A stretch of DNA of 64,000 bases, taken from the NCBI GenBank assembly GCA_044222185.1, contig JBGANV010000002.1:1-64000 (forward strand), read 5' to 3'. Origin of the DNA: Planctomycetota bacterium. Lineage in GTDB: Bacteria; Planctomycetota; GCA-002687715; CAIWVZ01. Position 1 is the stretch's first letter. Each line of letters starts with the position of its first letter. A program made the translations under genes and the position numbers. Under the pieces are notes generated by a model that saw only the letters and a list, made by a program, of their open reading frames with translations, was not told the DNA's origin and searched no databases. Below, in pieces: positions 29,966-43,165 of this stretch.

Positions 29966-31434
29966 GTCTCCTGTTGCGTTTCGCGGCTCACCGAGCGGAC
30001 GCGGATGCTACCGCACGAGGGAAACGCGAGCTGCAACGCGAACGCGACCCCGAGCGCCGCGAGAGGCACCACGTGGGACGAGATCCGCCGACCGGCCGTG
30101 GTCCAATGCCACACGAGGTCTTGATGCGTCCCCACGAAGACGATCGAGTATCCGAGCAGGACGAGAACCGTCGTCGCGACGGCGACGCCGCCACGCCCGA
30201 GGAGGAGACGCCGCGGGAACGCCACGGCGGCGAGCAGCGTGGCCACGAAGAGACCGCGCGAAACGCCCCCGTCCAGGATGACGTCGTTCAACATCCAACG
30301 CGCGACGAGTCCGCCGCGAGACGCGACCATCTCCACCGCGCGGGTCCAGAACGCCCGATTCTCGGGATTCCCGCTCACGAGGTCGTTCGACATCCCGAAG
30401 TACCCGTTCACGGCCCAGGTCAACGAGAGCGCCGCCGCCGGTGCGACCCACGGAACGAGGGTCGCGAGACTCATGGCTGCTCGCGGCCGCGACGCGCGCC
30501 GAAGCCACCGAATGGACCCCGACGAGACGAGGAACGCGGCCAGGATCAACACGCCTTCGTGCTTGCTCCACACGAGGATCGTCGCGGCGAGCGCCGAGAG
30601 AACGTCAAACCGGCGCATCTCTCCGCCGCTCGCGCGGAGATGCGCGTCGACCATCGCCAGCGCGGCGACGGCCACGATGCCGTCCGCGTGTGCCCAGACG
30701 AACCCGCGCGTCGCATAGGCGGTCGTCGCCACGGCGATCAGGATCGGCGCCGCCAGCAGAGGACCGCAGATGCGGCGGAGTGCCGACGCGGCCAGGAGGA
30801 GCAGCACGACACCGAACACGTCGAAGACGAGGCGGTTGTCCACGTGAACGATCCGCCCCGCCACCACGTAGGTCCAAAGATGGAGCAGCGACGGAAACAG
30901 CGGGTAGTCGGCATGCGCGATCGTGGGCGAGATGCGGAACTGTCGGTAGAGCGTCTCGTCGACGGCCGCGCGGAACCGTTCCGTGAATCCTCCCGAACAG
31001 AAGAGAGCCTTCGCCTTGGCGGCCCAGATGTGACATTCGTCGGACTCGATCACCGGCCGAGGCCACGTCAGGAGGGCCTCGTCCGCAAACGAGAGGACGC
31101 AGGCCGCGACGACGATCCCAAAGACGAGTCGGTGCCATCGGGGTGGCGCTGCGAGCGCGGCCTCGTCCGATCGCCGCATCCGCCGCCCGATCACGGCGAC
31201 GACCGCGCCGAGCCCGACCACCGCCCCGCTCGTCGATCCCGCCGAGGGGATCCAACCGAGGACGCAGCATCCCGCGAGCCAGCCCGCGAGCATCAGCGTC
31301 CCCAGAAGCCAGCTCCACGCGACGAATCCCAGTCGATCGGCGTTCGTCCGTAGACCGACGCCGAACGCGAGGAGCGCTCCGGCAAGCCAGGGAACGCCGA
31401 TCAGGACCGCGAACCCCGCGAGCCCGAGCGTCAC
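29962..31434 (-). CDS. Polytopic membrane protein, GT-C-like
   Basis: DECHIWAAKAK, HADYP, ADG, WSKHEG and many TM helices; GTG start overlaps the upstream TGA. Confidence 0.7.
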   Translation of the reverse strand: MTLGLAGFAVLIGVPWLAGALLAFGVGLRTNADRLGFVAWSWLLGTLMLAGWLAGCCVLGWIPSAGSTSGAVVGLGAVVAVIGRRMRRSDEAALAAPPRWHRLVFGIVVAACVLSFADEALLTWPRPVIESDECHIWAAKAKALFCSGGFTERFRAAVDETLYRQFRISPTIAHADYPLFPSLLHLWTYVVAGRIVHVDNRLVFDVFGVVLLLLAASALRRICGPLLAAPILIAVATTAYATRGFVWAHADGIVAVAALAMVDAHLRASGGEMRRFDVLSALAATILVWSKHEGVLILAAFLVSSGSIRWLRRASRPRAAMSLATLVPWVAPAAALSLTWAVNGYFGMSNDLVSGNPENRAFWTRAVEMVASRGGLVARWMLNDVILDGGVSRGLFVATLLAAVAFPRRLLLGRGGVAVATTVLVLLGYSIVFVGTHQDLVWHWTTAGRRISSHVVPLAALGVAFALQLAFPSCGSIRVRSVSRETQQET

Positions 31435-31991
31435 GACCCTCTCCGCAGTCGCCAGATGGTCCAGGACCGTCCCGACGCCACCCGTTCCCCCGCCTGTGCG
31501 AACGGCATTCCCGGGCGTGACGCCATCTCGACGCAGTAGACGTCGCCCGACGACACGGACGCCGCCAGCGCACGGATGTCGTCGCCCGTCCTGAAGCCGA
31601 GATCGATCGTCACGGGCACGAGACGCCTGGGGTAGAGATACCCCACGAGGCGGATGAACCAGGCGGCGCGCTCCGCTTCGGTGCAGAACACGCCATAGGT
31701 CGCCGCCTCGGGCAATGCGGCCAGCGCGTCGTGCAGCGGCATCATCTCTCCCAGCGTGGAGAGAATGCGCTCGTGCTTGGTGGCTTCGATCGCAAACCGC
31801 CGCACGGCCGTACCCGTCGTGAAGCGAGTGAAGAACTCGCCCGTGGCATCGTCCACGACGATCACGGGCGAACCCGTCTCGGTGGTCGAACGACTCCGGT
31901 CCGCGATACCGAGCATGGCCTGCCACCCCAGGCTGAGGAGGACGACGCCCCCGATGACTCTCGCTTTGGCCGCCGACATCACGGCCGGCAT
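31431..31991 (-). CDS. Hypothetical membrane-anchored protein
   Basis: N-terminal hydrophobic segment, YLYPRRL motif, translationally coupled to the downstream gene. Start uncertain. Confidence 0.55.
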   Translation of the reverse strand: MPAVMSAAKARVIGGVVLLSLGWQAMLGIADRSRSTTETGSPVIVVDDATGEFFTRFTTGTAVRRFAIEATKHERILSTLGEMMPLHDALAALPEAATYGVFCTEAERAAWFIRLVGYLYPRRLVPVTIDLGFRTGDDIRALAASVSSGDVYCVEMASRPGMPFAQAGERVASGRSWTIWRLRRGS

Positions 31992-32300
31992 CGAAACAGC
32001 CGCGGAGCCGCCGGGCAAGCCCGACACGGCTGCGAGCCGGCCGTTGCGGTCGACGGGGGCAGGTTTGCGGGCTCCGCCTGAGCAACCCGGTCGCGCCGAC
32101 ATCACGCGTGCACTGCGGAGCATCACGGGCGGGGACTCGGCAGGAACCGCCCGCTGCGACGCGGTCGCCCGCCGGGCCACGCTCAAGTCACTCGCGGAAC
32201 CGGACGAGGAAGGCTCAGAGGCCAGGGACCGCCGCGCGGGTGCCCGCGAGGGCCCCGGTTCCATTCGACGACGGAACCACGTCACACCGCCCAGTCATTG

Positions 32301-35081
<2,781 letters not shown>

Positions 35082-35123
35082 CTGGGGCGGAGCACCGTCC
35101 CCCACCGCCGTAGAATCGGCGTC

Positions 35124-38100
35124 GTGTCACGCGCCGCAAGCCCACTGTCGAACTTCCACCCCGCCGTCGCGGAGTGGTTCCACGCGTCGTTTCCGTCGGC
35201 GACGCCCGTGCAAACGCAGGGCTGGCCGCCGATCCAGGACGGGCGCTCATCGCTCCTCCTCGCTCCCACGGGCTCGGGCAAGACGCTCGCCGCGTTCCTC
35301 GCGGCGATCGACAAGCTCATGTTCAGTGATGAGCCCCCAAAGGACCGCCGTTGTCGAGTGATCTACGTCTCGCCGCTGAAGGCCCTGGCCATCGACGTCG
35401 AGCGCAACCTGCGCGCGCCGATCGCTGGAATCGCGGCGGCCGCCGCTCGACGCGGGGACGTTCACCGCATCCCACAGGTCGTGATCCGCACGGGCGACAC
35501 GCCGGCGGCGGAGCGGGCCCGCATGCGCCGGGCGCCGCCCGACATCCTCATCACGACACCCGAGTCGCTGTTCCTCATCCTCACGTCGCAGGCGCAAGCG
35601 ATGGTCGCGGCCGTCGAAACCGTGATCGTCGACGAGATCCACGCCGTGGTCGCCACGAAGCGCGGCTCCCACCTTTCGCTGTCGCTCGAGCGGTTGGAGC
35701 AGGCGGCCGAGCGCGAGACGCCGCTCCAGCGCATCGGGCTTTCGGCGACGCAGCGACCGTTGGAGGAGGTGGCCCGGTTCCTGGGAGGCGGCACCGTCCG
35801 CGGGAAGCGCGGCCGGTGGACGCCTCGTCCCGTCGAGATCGTCGACGCCGGCCGGAAGCGGTCGGTCGAGGTCACGATCGAAGTGCCCGTGGACGACATG
35901 GGCAGTCTCGGTGACCTCGTCGACGTCCCATCGGGCCCGGCCGCCGCCGGGCCCAAGGCGCGATCGATCTGGCCCTCGATCCATCCGCGCGTCCTCGAGC
36001 TCATCCGCGCGCATCGCTCGACGATGGTCTTCGTGAACAGTCGACGGCTCGCCGAGCGACTGGCAGGCGCACTGAACGAACTCGCGGGCGAGGAACTCGT
36101 CCTCGCGCATCATGGCTCCATCTCCCGCGAACGCCGCACGGAGATCGAGGATCGCCTCAAGCGAGGCGACCTCCGCGGCATCGTCGCCACGTCGACGCTC
36201 GAGCTGGGCATCGACATGGGCGCCGTCGACCTCGTGATCCAGGCGGAGGCGCCGCCGTCGTCCGCCTCCGGTCTGCAGAGGATCGGCCGCGCGAGCCACC
36301 ACGTGACCGGCACGCCGAAGGGGATCATCTTCCCCAAGTTTCGCGGCGATCTGCTGGCGTCGGCGGCGGTCGCTCGGCGCATCACCCGGGGCGAGGTCGA
36401 GGAGACGATCTACCCGCGACACCCGCTCGACGTACTCGCTCAACAGGTCGTCGCAGCGGCGTGCGTTCGCTCCTGGCCGACGGAAGAGCTCTTCGATCTC
36501 GTACGCCAGGCCGCCCCGTTCGCGGAACTCCCACGATCGTCATTCGACGGCGTGCTCGACATGCTGTCGGGTCGATACCCGTCCGACGAATTCGCGGAGC
36601 TTCGGCCTCGCATCGTCTGGGATCGGGTGAAGGGAACGATCCGAGCGCGAGACGGTGCCCAGCGCGTCGTGCTCGCGAATGCCGGAACGATCCCCGATCG
36701 CGGTCTGTATCCCGTCTTCCTATCTGGCGACGATACGGGCAAGAGTCGCCGCGTCGGCGAACTCGACGAGGAGATGGTGTTCGAGAGTCGGGCCGGCGAC
36801 GTCTTCCTGCTGGGCGCGTCGTCCTGGCGCATCGAGGAGATCCACCACGATCGTGTCCTGGTGTCGCCTGCTCCCGGCGAGCCAGGTCGCATGCCGTTCT
36901 GGATCGCGGATCGACCCGGGCGACCGGCGGAGACCGGTCGGGCCATCGGCGCGCTCACGCGCGAGCTGGCCGGGCTTTCGGAGCGCGAGGGCATCGACAG
37001 GCTGGAACGCGATCACGGTTGCGACGCGCGCGCGGCGCAGAACCTCGCTCGTTACGTCCTCGAACAGAAGGAAGCGACGGGTGAGGTGCCCTCCGACCGC
37101 GCCATCGTCGTCGAGCGGTGGCGCGACGAGATGGGTGACTGGCGCGTCTGCGTCATGACGCCGTTCGGCGCACGAATCCACGCGCCGTGGGTCACCGCCG
37201 TGCGCACGCGATTCGAAGCGCAGGAGGGCGTCACCATCGACGTCATCTGGTCGGACGACGGCATGGTGTTCCGTGTGCCCGAACTGGACGCGCCTCCGGA
37301 CGTGGCGGCGCTCTTCCCGGCGCCGGACGAGGTCGAGGATCTCGTCATGCGACACCTGGGCGAGACGGCGCTCTTCGCGGCGCGATTCCGGGAGAATGCA
37401 GCGCGCGCACTGCTCCTGCCTCGTCGACACCCGGGCCGGCGTGCCGCGTTGTGGCACCAACGACGTCGCGCCGCCGACCTGCTGGCGGTCGCCTCGCGCT
37501 TCGGCTCGTTCCCGATCCTGCTCGAGAGCTACCGCGAGTGTCTTCGCGACGTCTTCGACCTTCCCGGGCTCACGGACCTCATGCGTCGGGTGCAACAGCG
37601 GTCCATCCGCGTCGTCCCCGTGGACGTGACGCGCCCGTCGCCCTTCGCGTCGTCGCTGCTCTTCACGTACGTCGGCAACTTCGTCTACGACCGGGACGCT
37701 CCGCTCGCCGAGCGACGGGCGCAACTCCTCACGATCGATCAAGCGCAGCTGCGCGAGCTGCTTGGCGAGGAAGAGCTCCGCGAGCTGTTCGATGCCACCG
37801 TCATCGACGAGCTCACCGCCGAGCTTCAACGCATGGGGAGCCGCGGGGCGCGCTCGGGAGACGGCGTGTGCGACCTGCTTCTGGCGATCGGCGACCTCAC
37901 GATGGACGAGCTCCGTCAGCGCACTCTCGAACCCGAGTCGATCGCCGCCTGGGTCGAGGCGCTCGTGGCGGAGCGACGGGCGATCCCGGTGACGATCGCG
38001 GGTGAACGCCGGCTCATCGCCGCCGAGGATGCCGCGCGGTATCGCGACGTCCTGGGCTGTGCCATTCCCCAGGGACTTCCCCAGGCGTTTCTGGTCGCGC

Positions 38101-39614
38101 CCACCGACCCCGTCGGTGATCTCGTGAGCCGTTTCGCGCGCACGCATGGGCCGTTTGCCATCGAAACGTGTGCCGCGCGACTGGGCCTCGGCGTGGCCCC
38201 CGTCCGTGCGGCCCTCGAACGCCTGCGCGACGCCGATCGCATGCTCGAAGGCGAGTTCCTTCCCAACGGCCGCTCCCGTGAGTGGTGCGACGTGGGGGTG
38301 CTCCGCACGATCAAACGGCGCTCACTCGCACGGCTGCGCAAGGAGGTGGAGCCCGTCGAGCCCGTGGCTCTGGCCCGTTTCCTCCACGCATGGCACGGGC
38401 TCGACCACGTGCGCCGCGGCGCCGATGCGCTGATCGAGGTGATCGAGCAGTTGCAGGGCGCGGCGCTTCCGTTCTCGACGCTCGAGCGCGACGTCTTCCC
38501 GGCACGCATCGAAGCCTACCGGCCCGCGGACCTGGACCTCCTCTGCGCGACCGGGGCCGTCGTCTGGCGGGGGATCGAGCCACTCGCGCCGTCGGACGGA
38601 CGAATCGCCCTCTTTGCCGCGGACGCCGCCCCGCTCCTGATGCCGCCGCCGGGCGAGGCGGAAGGGCCGCTCGCGAGGAAGATCGTGACGGCGCTCTCCG
38701 ACGGCGGTGCACTCTTCTTCCAGGATCTTCTCGCCCGCGTCGGCGGGTTTGGCGGCGACGTCGTGCGGGCGCTGTGGGATCTCGTCTGGGCCGGGCTCGT
38801 GACGAACGACACGCTCGCGCCGCTGCGAACGGTGCTCGGTGGAACGGTCTCGCGGCATTCGCCCGAGCAGAGGATCCGCGCCCGCTTCCTGCGGGGACGT
38901 CGCACGGGTCCGCCGGGGTCGGAGGGGCGGTGGTCGCTCCTCGTGGCCGGTCGGACCGAGAAACCTCCCTCGGAGACGGAGCGTCGCACGGCGCTCGCGC
39001 GCCAGCTCCTCGTTCGACACGGCGTCCTCACGCGTGAAGCGGTCCAGACGGAGGCCGTCGCCGGCGGATTCTCGTCCGTCTACGGAGTGCTCAAGGCCAT
39101 GGAGGACGCGGGACAGATCCGCCGCGGACGCTTCATCGCCGGACTCGGCGCGACGCAGTTCGCGCTGCCCGGTGCCGACGATCGGTTGCGCCAGGCATCC
39201 TCCGACCCCGACCGGACCTGGGTGATCGCCGCATCCGACCCGGCGAACCCCTACGGCGCCGTCGTACCCTGGCCCGAGCACGGAGAGAGCCGTCCCGAGC
39301 GTCGCGCCGGCGCCCACGTCGTCCTCCGCGACGGTGCGCTCGTCGCATGGATCGGACGCCACGCAACCGACCTCATCACGTTCCTGCCCAAGTTCGAGCC
39401 CGAGACGTCGCGCGCCGCACGTGCGCTGGCCGTCGCGCTGGCGACCTTTGCCGGGAGTCGGTTCGGGCGCGGCACCTCGCTCGCGACGATCGACGGTGGC
39501 TCGGCAGCCACGTCGGTGCTTGCGCCCCACCTGCGGGCCGCCGGCTTCCAAGCCACATCCAGCGGCTGGGTCCTGCGCGCGCAGCCGCGCGCCTCCGAGT
39601 CCGCCGATGCCTGA
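35124..39614 (+). CDS. lhr: Large ATP-dependent helicase Lhr (full length, with C-terminal domain)
   Basis: APTGSGKT, SPLKAL, TTPESL, DEIH, LSAT, HHGS, TSTLELGID, QRIGR, GTIPDRG, GELDEE; about 1500 aa. Confidence 0.95.
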   Translation: MSRAASPLSNFHPAVAEWFHASFPSATPVQTQGWPPIQDGRSSLLLAPTGSGKTLAAFLAAIDKLMFSDEPPKDRRCRVIYVSPLKALAIDVERNLRAPIAGIAAAAARRGDVHRIPQVVIRTGDTPAAERARMRRAPPDILITTPESLFLILTSQAQAMVAAVETVIVDEIHAVVATKRGSHLSLSLERLEQAAERETPLQRIGLSATQRPLEEVARFLGGGTVRGKRGRWTPRPVEIVDAGRKRSVEVTIEVPVDDMGSLGDLVDVPSGPAAAGPKARSIWPSIHPRVLELIRAHRSTMVFVNSRRLAERLAGALNELAGEELVLAHHGSISRERRTEIEDRLKRGDLRGIVATSTLELGIDMGAVDLVIQAEAPPSSASGLQRIGRASHHVTGTPKGIIFPKFRGDLLASAAVARRITRGEVEETIYPRHPLDVLAQQVVAAACVRSWPTEELFDLVRQAAPFAELPRSSFDGVLDMLSGRYPSDEFAELRPRIVWDRVKGTIRARDGAQRVVLANAGTIPDRGLYPVFLSGDDTGKSRRVGELDEEMVFESRAGDVFLLGASSWRIEEIHHDRVLVSPAPGEPGRMPFWIADRPGRPAETGRAIGALTRELAGLSEREGIDRLERDHGCDARAAQNLARYVLEQKEATGEVPSDRAIVVERWRDEMGDWRVCVMTPFGARIHAPWVTAVRTRFEAQEGVTIDVIWSDDGMVFRVPELDAPPDVAALFPAPDEVEDLVMRHLGETALFAARFRENAARALLLPRRHPGRRAALWHQRRRAADLLAVASRFGSFPILLESYRECLRDVFDLPGLTDLMRRVQQRSIRVVPVDVTRPSPFASSLLFTYVGNFVYDRDAPLAERRAQLLTIDQAQLRELLGEEELRELFDATVIDELTAELQRMGSRGARSGDGVCDLLLAIGDLTMDELRQRTLEPESIAAWVEALVAERRAIPVTIAGERRLIAAEDAARYRDVLGCAIPQGLPQAFLVAPTDPVGDLVSRFARTHGPFAIETCAARLGLGVAPVRAALERLRDADRMLEGEFLPNGRSREWCDVGVLRTIKRRSLARLRKEVEPVEPVALARFLHAWHGLDHVRRGADALIEVIEQLQGAALPFSTLERDVFPARIEAYRPADLDLLCATGAVVWRGIEPLAPSDGRIALFAADAAPLLMPPPGEAEGPLARKIVTALSDGGALFFQDLLARVGGFGGDVVRALWDLVWAGLVTNDTLAPLRTVLGGTVSRHSPEQRIRARFLRGRRTGPPGSEGRWSLLVAGRTEKPPSETERRTALARQLLVRHGVLTREAVQTEAVAGGFSSVYGVLKAMEDAGQIRRGRFIAGLGATQFALPGADDRLRQASSDPDRTWVIAASDPANPYGAVVPWPEHGESRPERRAGAHVVLRDGALVAWIGRHATDLITFLPKFEPETSRAARALAVALATFAGSRFGRGTSLATIDGGSAATSVLAPHLRAAGFQATSSGWVLRAQPRASESADA

Positions 39615-40395
39615 GGGCGACACGATCCTCCGCACGGCACGCACGCTCGCACTGGCGCTGAACGACGTCGTCGTGCGCGAGGCGAGAAGTCCGCTACCGG
39701 ACGTCGACGCCGAGAACCTGCGAGGGCGGCGCGTGATCTCGGTAGAGGCACGCGGCAAGAACCTCCTCATCCATTTCGAAGGCGACCTCTGTCTGCATTC
39801 GCACATGAAGATGACGGGGTCGTGGCACGTCTACCGGCCGAACGAACGCTGGCGCAAGCCCGAGCGACTCGCGCGGATCGTCCTGACGACCGATGCCTAC
39901 GTCGCCGTGTGTTTCTCCGCACCCGACGTGCGCCTGATGAGCGAGCAACGGCTCGCGCGCGACCCGGCACTCGCCACTCTCGGGCCTGACGTCCTCGGTA
40001 CGACGTTCTCTCCGGCGGACGCCGTACGCGGGTTGCGTGCCGTCGGCGACCTCCCCATCGGCGAGGCGTTGCTTGCGCAGAGCGCCCTCGCGGGGATCGG
40101 CAACATCTACAAGAGCGAGGCGTTGTTCTCGTGCCGGCTCGACCCATTCGCGAAGGTCGCCGATCTGGACGATCCGGCGCTCGAGCGTCTCGTGAAGTCC
40201 GCACGGCGGCTCATGTCGAAGAACCTCGTAGGAGGCCAGCGGACGACGAGCTCTCACGTGGGTTCCCGCTACTGGGTCTACCGGAGAAGCGGCGAGGCAT
40301 GCCTCGTCTGCGGCGCGATCATCGCCATGCGCCGCCAAGGAGCCCTCCTGCGCTCCACCTACTTCTGTCCGCATTGCCAGCAGCCGGGCGTATGA
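39607..40395 (+). CDS. nei: Fpg/Nei family DNA glycosylase (Nei2-like)
   Basis: N-terminal MPEGDT, ARGKNL, HMKMTGSW, H2TH AGIGNIYKSE, zinc finger CLVC..CPHCQ; overlaps the lhr stop. Confidence 0.93.
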   Translation: MPEGDTILRTARTLALALNDVVVREARSPLPDVDAENLRGRRVISVEARGKNLLIHFEGDLCLHSHMKMTGSWHVYRPNERWRKPERLARIVLTTDAYVAVCFSAPDVRLMSEQRLARDPALATLGPDVLGTTFSPADAVRGLRAVGDLPIGEALLAQSALAGIGNIYKSEALFSCRLDPFAKVADLDDPALERLVKSARRLMSKNLVGGQRTTSSHVGSRYWVYRRSGEACLVCGAIIAMRRQGALLRSTYFCPHCQQPGV

Positions 40396-40405
40396 TCGCG
40401 CACCC

Positions 40406-40816
40406 ATGTTCGAGGTCTTCGATCACACGGCCGACATCGGCCTGCGCGTCCGCGCGCCCGACTTCGCCGCCGTGCTGGCGGAAGCTGCCCGCGGGATGTT
40501 CACGCTCATCGCCGCGGACTTGGGCCCCTATCGAGTGACGGTGGAGGACGACGTGGTGATCGCTGGCCGCGACCGCTCCTTCCTCCTCCTCGATTGGCTC
40601 GACGACCTCCTGTTCCGATTCGAGACGCGGCGGATCGTCTTCGTCAAATTCGACGTGCACGTGACCGACGCGGGAATCACGGCCCGGATCGGCGGCGAGC
40701 CCGTCGACCCGACGCGACACCGTCTGGGGCGCGAGGTCAAGGCCGTGACGTACCACGAGCTGGACGTCCGGGACACGGTCGACGGCGTGGAAGCGACCGT
40801 GATCTTCGACATCTGA
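40406..40816 (+). CDS. Archease
   Basis: FDHTADIG, EAARGM, WLDDLLF, EVKAVTYH, FDI C-terminus. Confidence 0.93.
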   Translation: MFEVFDHTADIGLRVRAPDFAAVLAEAARGMFTLIAADLGPYRVTVEDDVVIAGRDRSFLLLDWLDDLLFRFETRRIVFVKFDVHVTDAGITARIGGEPVDPTRHRLGREVKAVTYHELDVRDTVDGVEATVIFDI

Positions 40817-40826
40817 GGGAACGGTG

Positions 40827-42290
40827 ATGGGCAACGAAGTGTATGACGGACCACTGGAGCAGATCGACGAGTGCGCGTGGCGCATCCCCAAGTCGTATCG
40901 GCCAGGGATGCGCGTCGATGGGATCATCTTCGCGACACGCGAACTCCTCGAGCAGGTCCGCAAGGATCAGGCGCCCCAGCAGGTCGTGAACGTGGCGCAC
41001 CTCCCGGGCATCCAAGTGGCGAGCTACGCCATGCCCGACATCCACTGGGGATACGGGTTCCCCATCGGCGGAGTGTGCGCCACCGACCCCGATGAAGGCG
41101 GGGTCGTGTCGCCCGGAGGTGTGGGATACGACATCAACTGCGGCGTTCGGCTCCTGCGGACGAACATCCAGCACGAGGAGCTGAAGCCGTTCATGTCGCG
41201 TCTCGTCGAACGGATGCACGCCGAGATTCCCACGGGGGTCGGCAAGGGTGGGAAGTACGCGTTCGACGGGACGAAGCTGCGCGCGATGATGTCGGAGGGA
41301 TTGCCGTTTCTCCGCGACCGCGGCCTCGCGACGGAACGGGACGTCGAGCTGACGGAGGCAGGTGGGCGGATCCCTGGCGCCGAGCCGGGGTCGGTCTCCG
41401 AGCGCGCGCTCGATCGGGGATTCGACCAGTGCGGCACCGTTGGATCCGGCAACCATTTCGTCGAGATCCAGGTCGTCGATCGGATCGAGGATCGGAAAGT
41501 CGCCACGGTTTTCGGGCTCGAGGTCGGGCAGATCTGCGTGCTCGTGCACTCGGGGTCGCGCGGGCTGGGTTATCAGGTCTGCGACGACGCGCTCCGCGAC
41601 CTGCGCGACGTTCCGAAGAAGTACGGCATCGAGCTGCCCGATCGCCAGCTCGCCTGCGCTCCCGTGAAGAGCCCGGAGGGTCAGAAGTACCTGGGCGCCA
41701 TGCGCGCCGCGGCCAACTTCGCGTTCTGCAACCGACAGCTTCTCGGCTGGCAGGTTCGCGAAGTGTTCGCCCACGTCCTCGGAAAACCGTGGCAGCAACT
41801 GGGACTGGACGTGCTCTACGACGTCGCGCACAACATCGCGAAGTTCGAGGAGCACGCCGTCGGCAGGAAGCACAAGACGCTCTGCGTCCATCGCAAGGGT
41901 GCGACGCGCGCGTTTCCGCCGGGACACGCCGAGGTGCCCGAGTGCTACCGGGCCGTGGGCCAGCCCGTGATCATCCCTGGCGACATGGGTCGTGCGTCGT
42001 GGATCCTCGCAGGCCAGCAGGGCTCGATGGAGCGGAGCTTCGGGACGACGTGTCACGGTGCGGGCCGGCAGATGAGTCGCACGGCGGCCACGCGGTCCGC
42101 TCGAGGCCGGGACATCGCGGACGAGTTGTTGGCGCGCGGCGTCATCGCCTGCGCCAGCAGCCGCGACGGTCTCGCCGAGGAGCAGCCCGACGCCTACAAG
42201 AACGTGGACGACGTCGTCGAAGTCGTGCACCGCGCGGGTCTGTCGCGGCGCGTGGCTCGGTTGCGGCCGCTGGGAGTGATCAAGGGCTGA
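40827..42290 (+). CDS. rtcB: RNA 3'-phosphate/5'-OH ligase RtcB
   Basis: MPDIHWGYGFPIGG, GYDINCG, GSGNHF, HSGSRG, HN, HRKGAT, PGDMG, HGAGR, YK, IKG. Confidence 0.97.
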   Translation: MGNEVYDGPLEQIDECAWRIPKSYRPGMRVDGIIFATRELLEQVRKDQAPQQVVNVAHLPGIQVASYAMPDIHWGYGFPIGGVCATDPDEGGVVSPGGVGYDINCGVRLLRTNIQHEELKPFMSRLVERMHAEIPTGVGKGGKYAFDGTKLRAMMSEGLPFLRDRGLATERDVELTEAGGRIPGAEPGSVSERALDRGFDQCGTVGSGNHFVEIQVVDRIEDRKVATVFGLEVGQICVLVHSGSRGLGYQVCDDALRDLRDVPKKYGIELPDRQLACAPVKSPEGQKYLGAMRAAANFAFCNRQLLGWQVREVFAHVLGKPWQQLGLDVLYDVAHNIAKFEEHAVGRKHKTLCVHRKGATRAFPPGHAEVPECYRAVGQPVIIPGDMGRASWILAGQQGSMERSFGTTCHGAGRQMSRTAATRSARGRDIADELLARGVIACASSRDGLAEEQPDAYKNVDDVVEVVHRAGLSRRVARLRPLGVIKG

Positions 42291-42376
42291 CGTCGCGGGC
42301 TCGGCGACCTGGCCCGCGCCGCGTACACTGAGGCCTCGTCCGACCGTCAGCGTGCGGTCCGACTCGGAGCCCACAC

Positions 42377-43165
42377 ATGCGGAAGCCGTCGATCGTCGCG
42401 TTCGCGCTCGTTCTCGTCGCCCTGGCGTGGCTTGCTTGCACCACGGCGCCCTACACGGGCCGCAAGCAGCTCGTGCTCCTGACGGAATCGCAGGAGACGC
42501 AGATGGGGCTCGAGGCCTATCAGGAGGTCAAGTCCACGTCGAAGCTGTCGCGGAACGCGGCGTGGGCGGACATGGTCAAGCGTGTCGGGGCGCGCATCCA
42601 GGCCGTGGCGGATCGGCCCGACTTCCAGTGGGAGTTCAACCTGATCGAGGACAAGACCGTGAACGCCTTCTGCCTGCCGGGCGGCAAGGTGGCGTTCTAC
42701 GAGGGCATCATGCCTGTGTGCGCGACGGACGCGGGCGTGGCGGTCGTGATGGGGCACGAGGTCGGCCACGCGATCGCCCGCCACGGCGGGGAGCGGGTCT
42801 CGCAACAGATGCTGACGCAGGGAGGCACGGAGATCGTGAGCGCGATCCTGGGTCGCAAGGACCCTGCGCTCGCGGATCAGGCGGCCGGCATCCTCGGTGT
42901 GGGCGCGAAGGTCGGGGTTCTCCTCCCCTTCAGCCGTGCCCACGAGAGCGAGGCGGATCACATCGGGTTGATCCTCATGTCCAAGGCGGGCTACGACCCG
43001 CACGAAGCTCCCAAGTTCTGGCAACGCATGCTGACCGCAACGGGAAGCGGCGACCGTCCGCCCGAGTTCCTCTCCACTCACCCCGAGCCGGACACGCGCA
43101 TCAAGCAGCTGAACGACTGGATGCCCGAAGCGATGAAGCACTACACCGGCCCCGCCCTCAAATAA
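42377..43165 (+). CDS. M48 family metallopeptidase lipoprotein
   Basis: Lipobox WLAC, NAFCLPGGK, HEVGH, ESEAD, STHP. Confidence 0.95.
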   Translation: MRKPSIVAFALVLVALAWLACTTAPYTGRKQLVLLTESQETQMGLEAYQEVKSTSKLSRNAAWADMVKRVGARIQAVADRPDFQWEFNLIEDKTVNAFCLPGGKVAFYEGIMPVCATDAGVAVVMGHEVGHAIARHGGERVSQQMLTQGGTEIVSAILGRKDPALADQAAGILGVGAKVGVLLPFSRAHESEADHIGLILMSKAGYDPHEAPKFWQRMLTATGSGDRPPEFLSTHPEPDTRIKQLNDWMPEAMKHYTGPALK

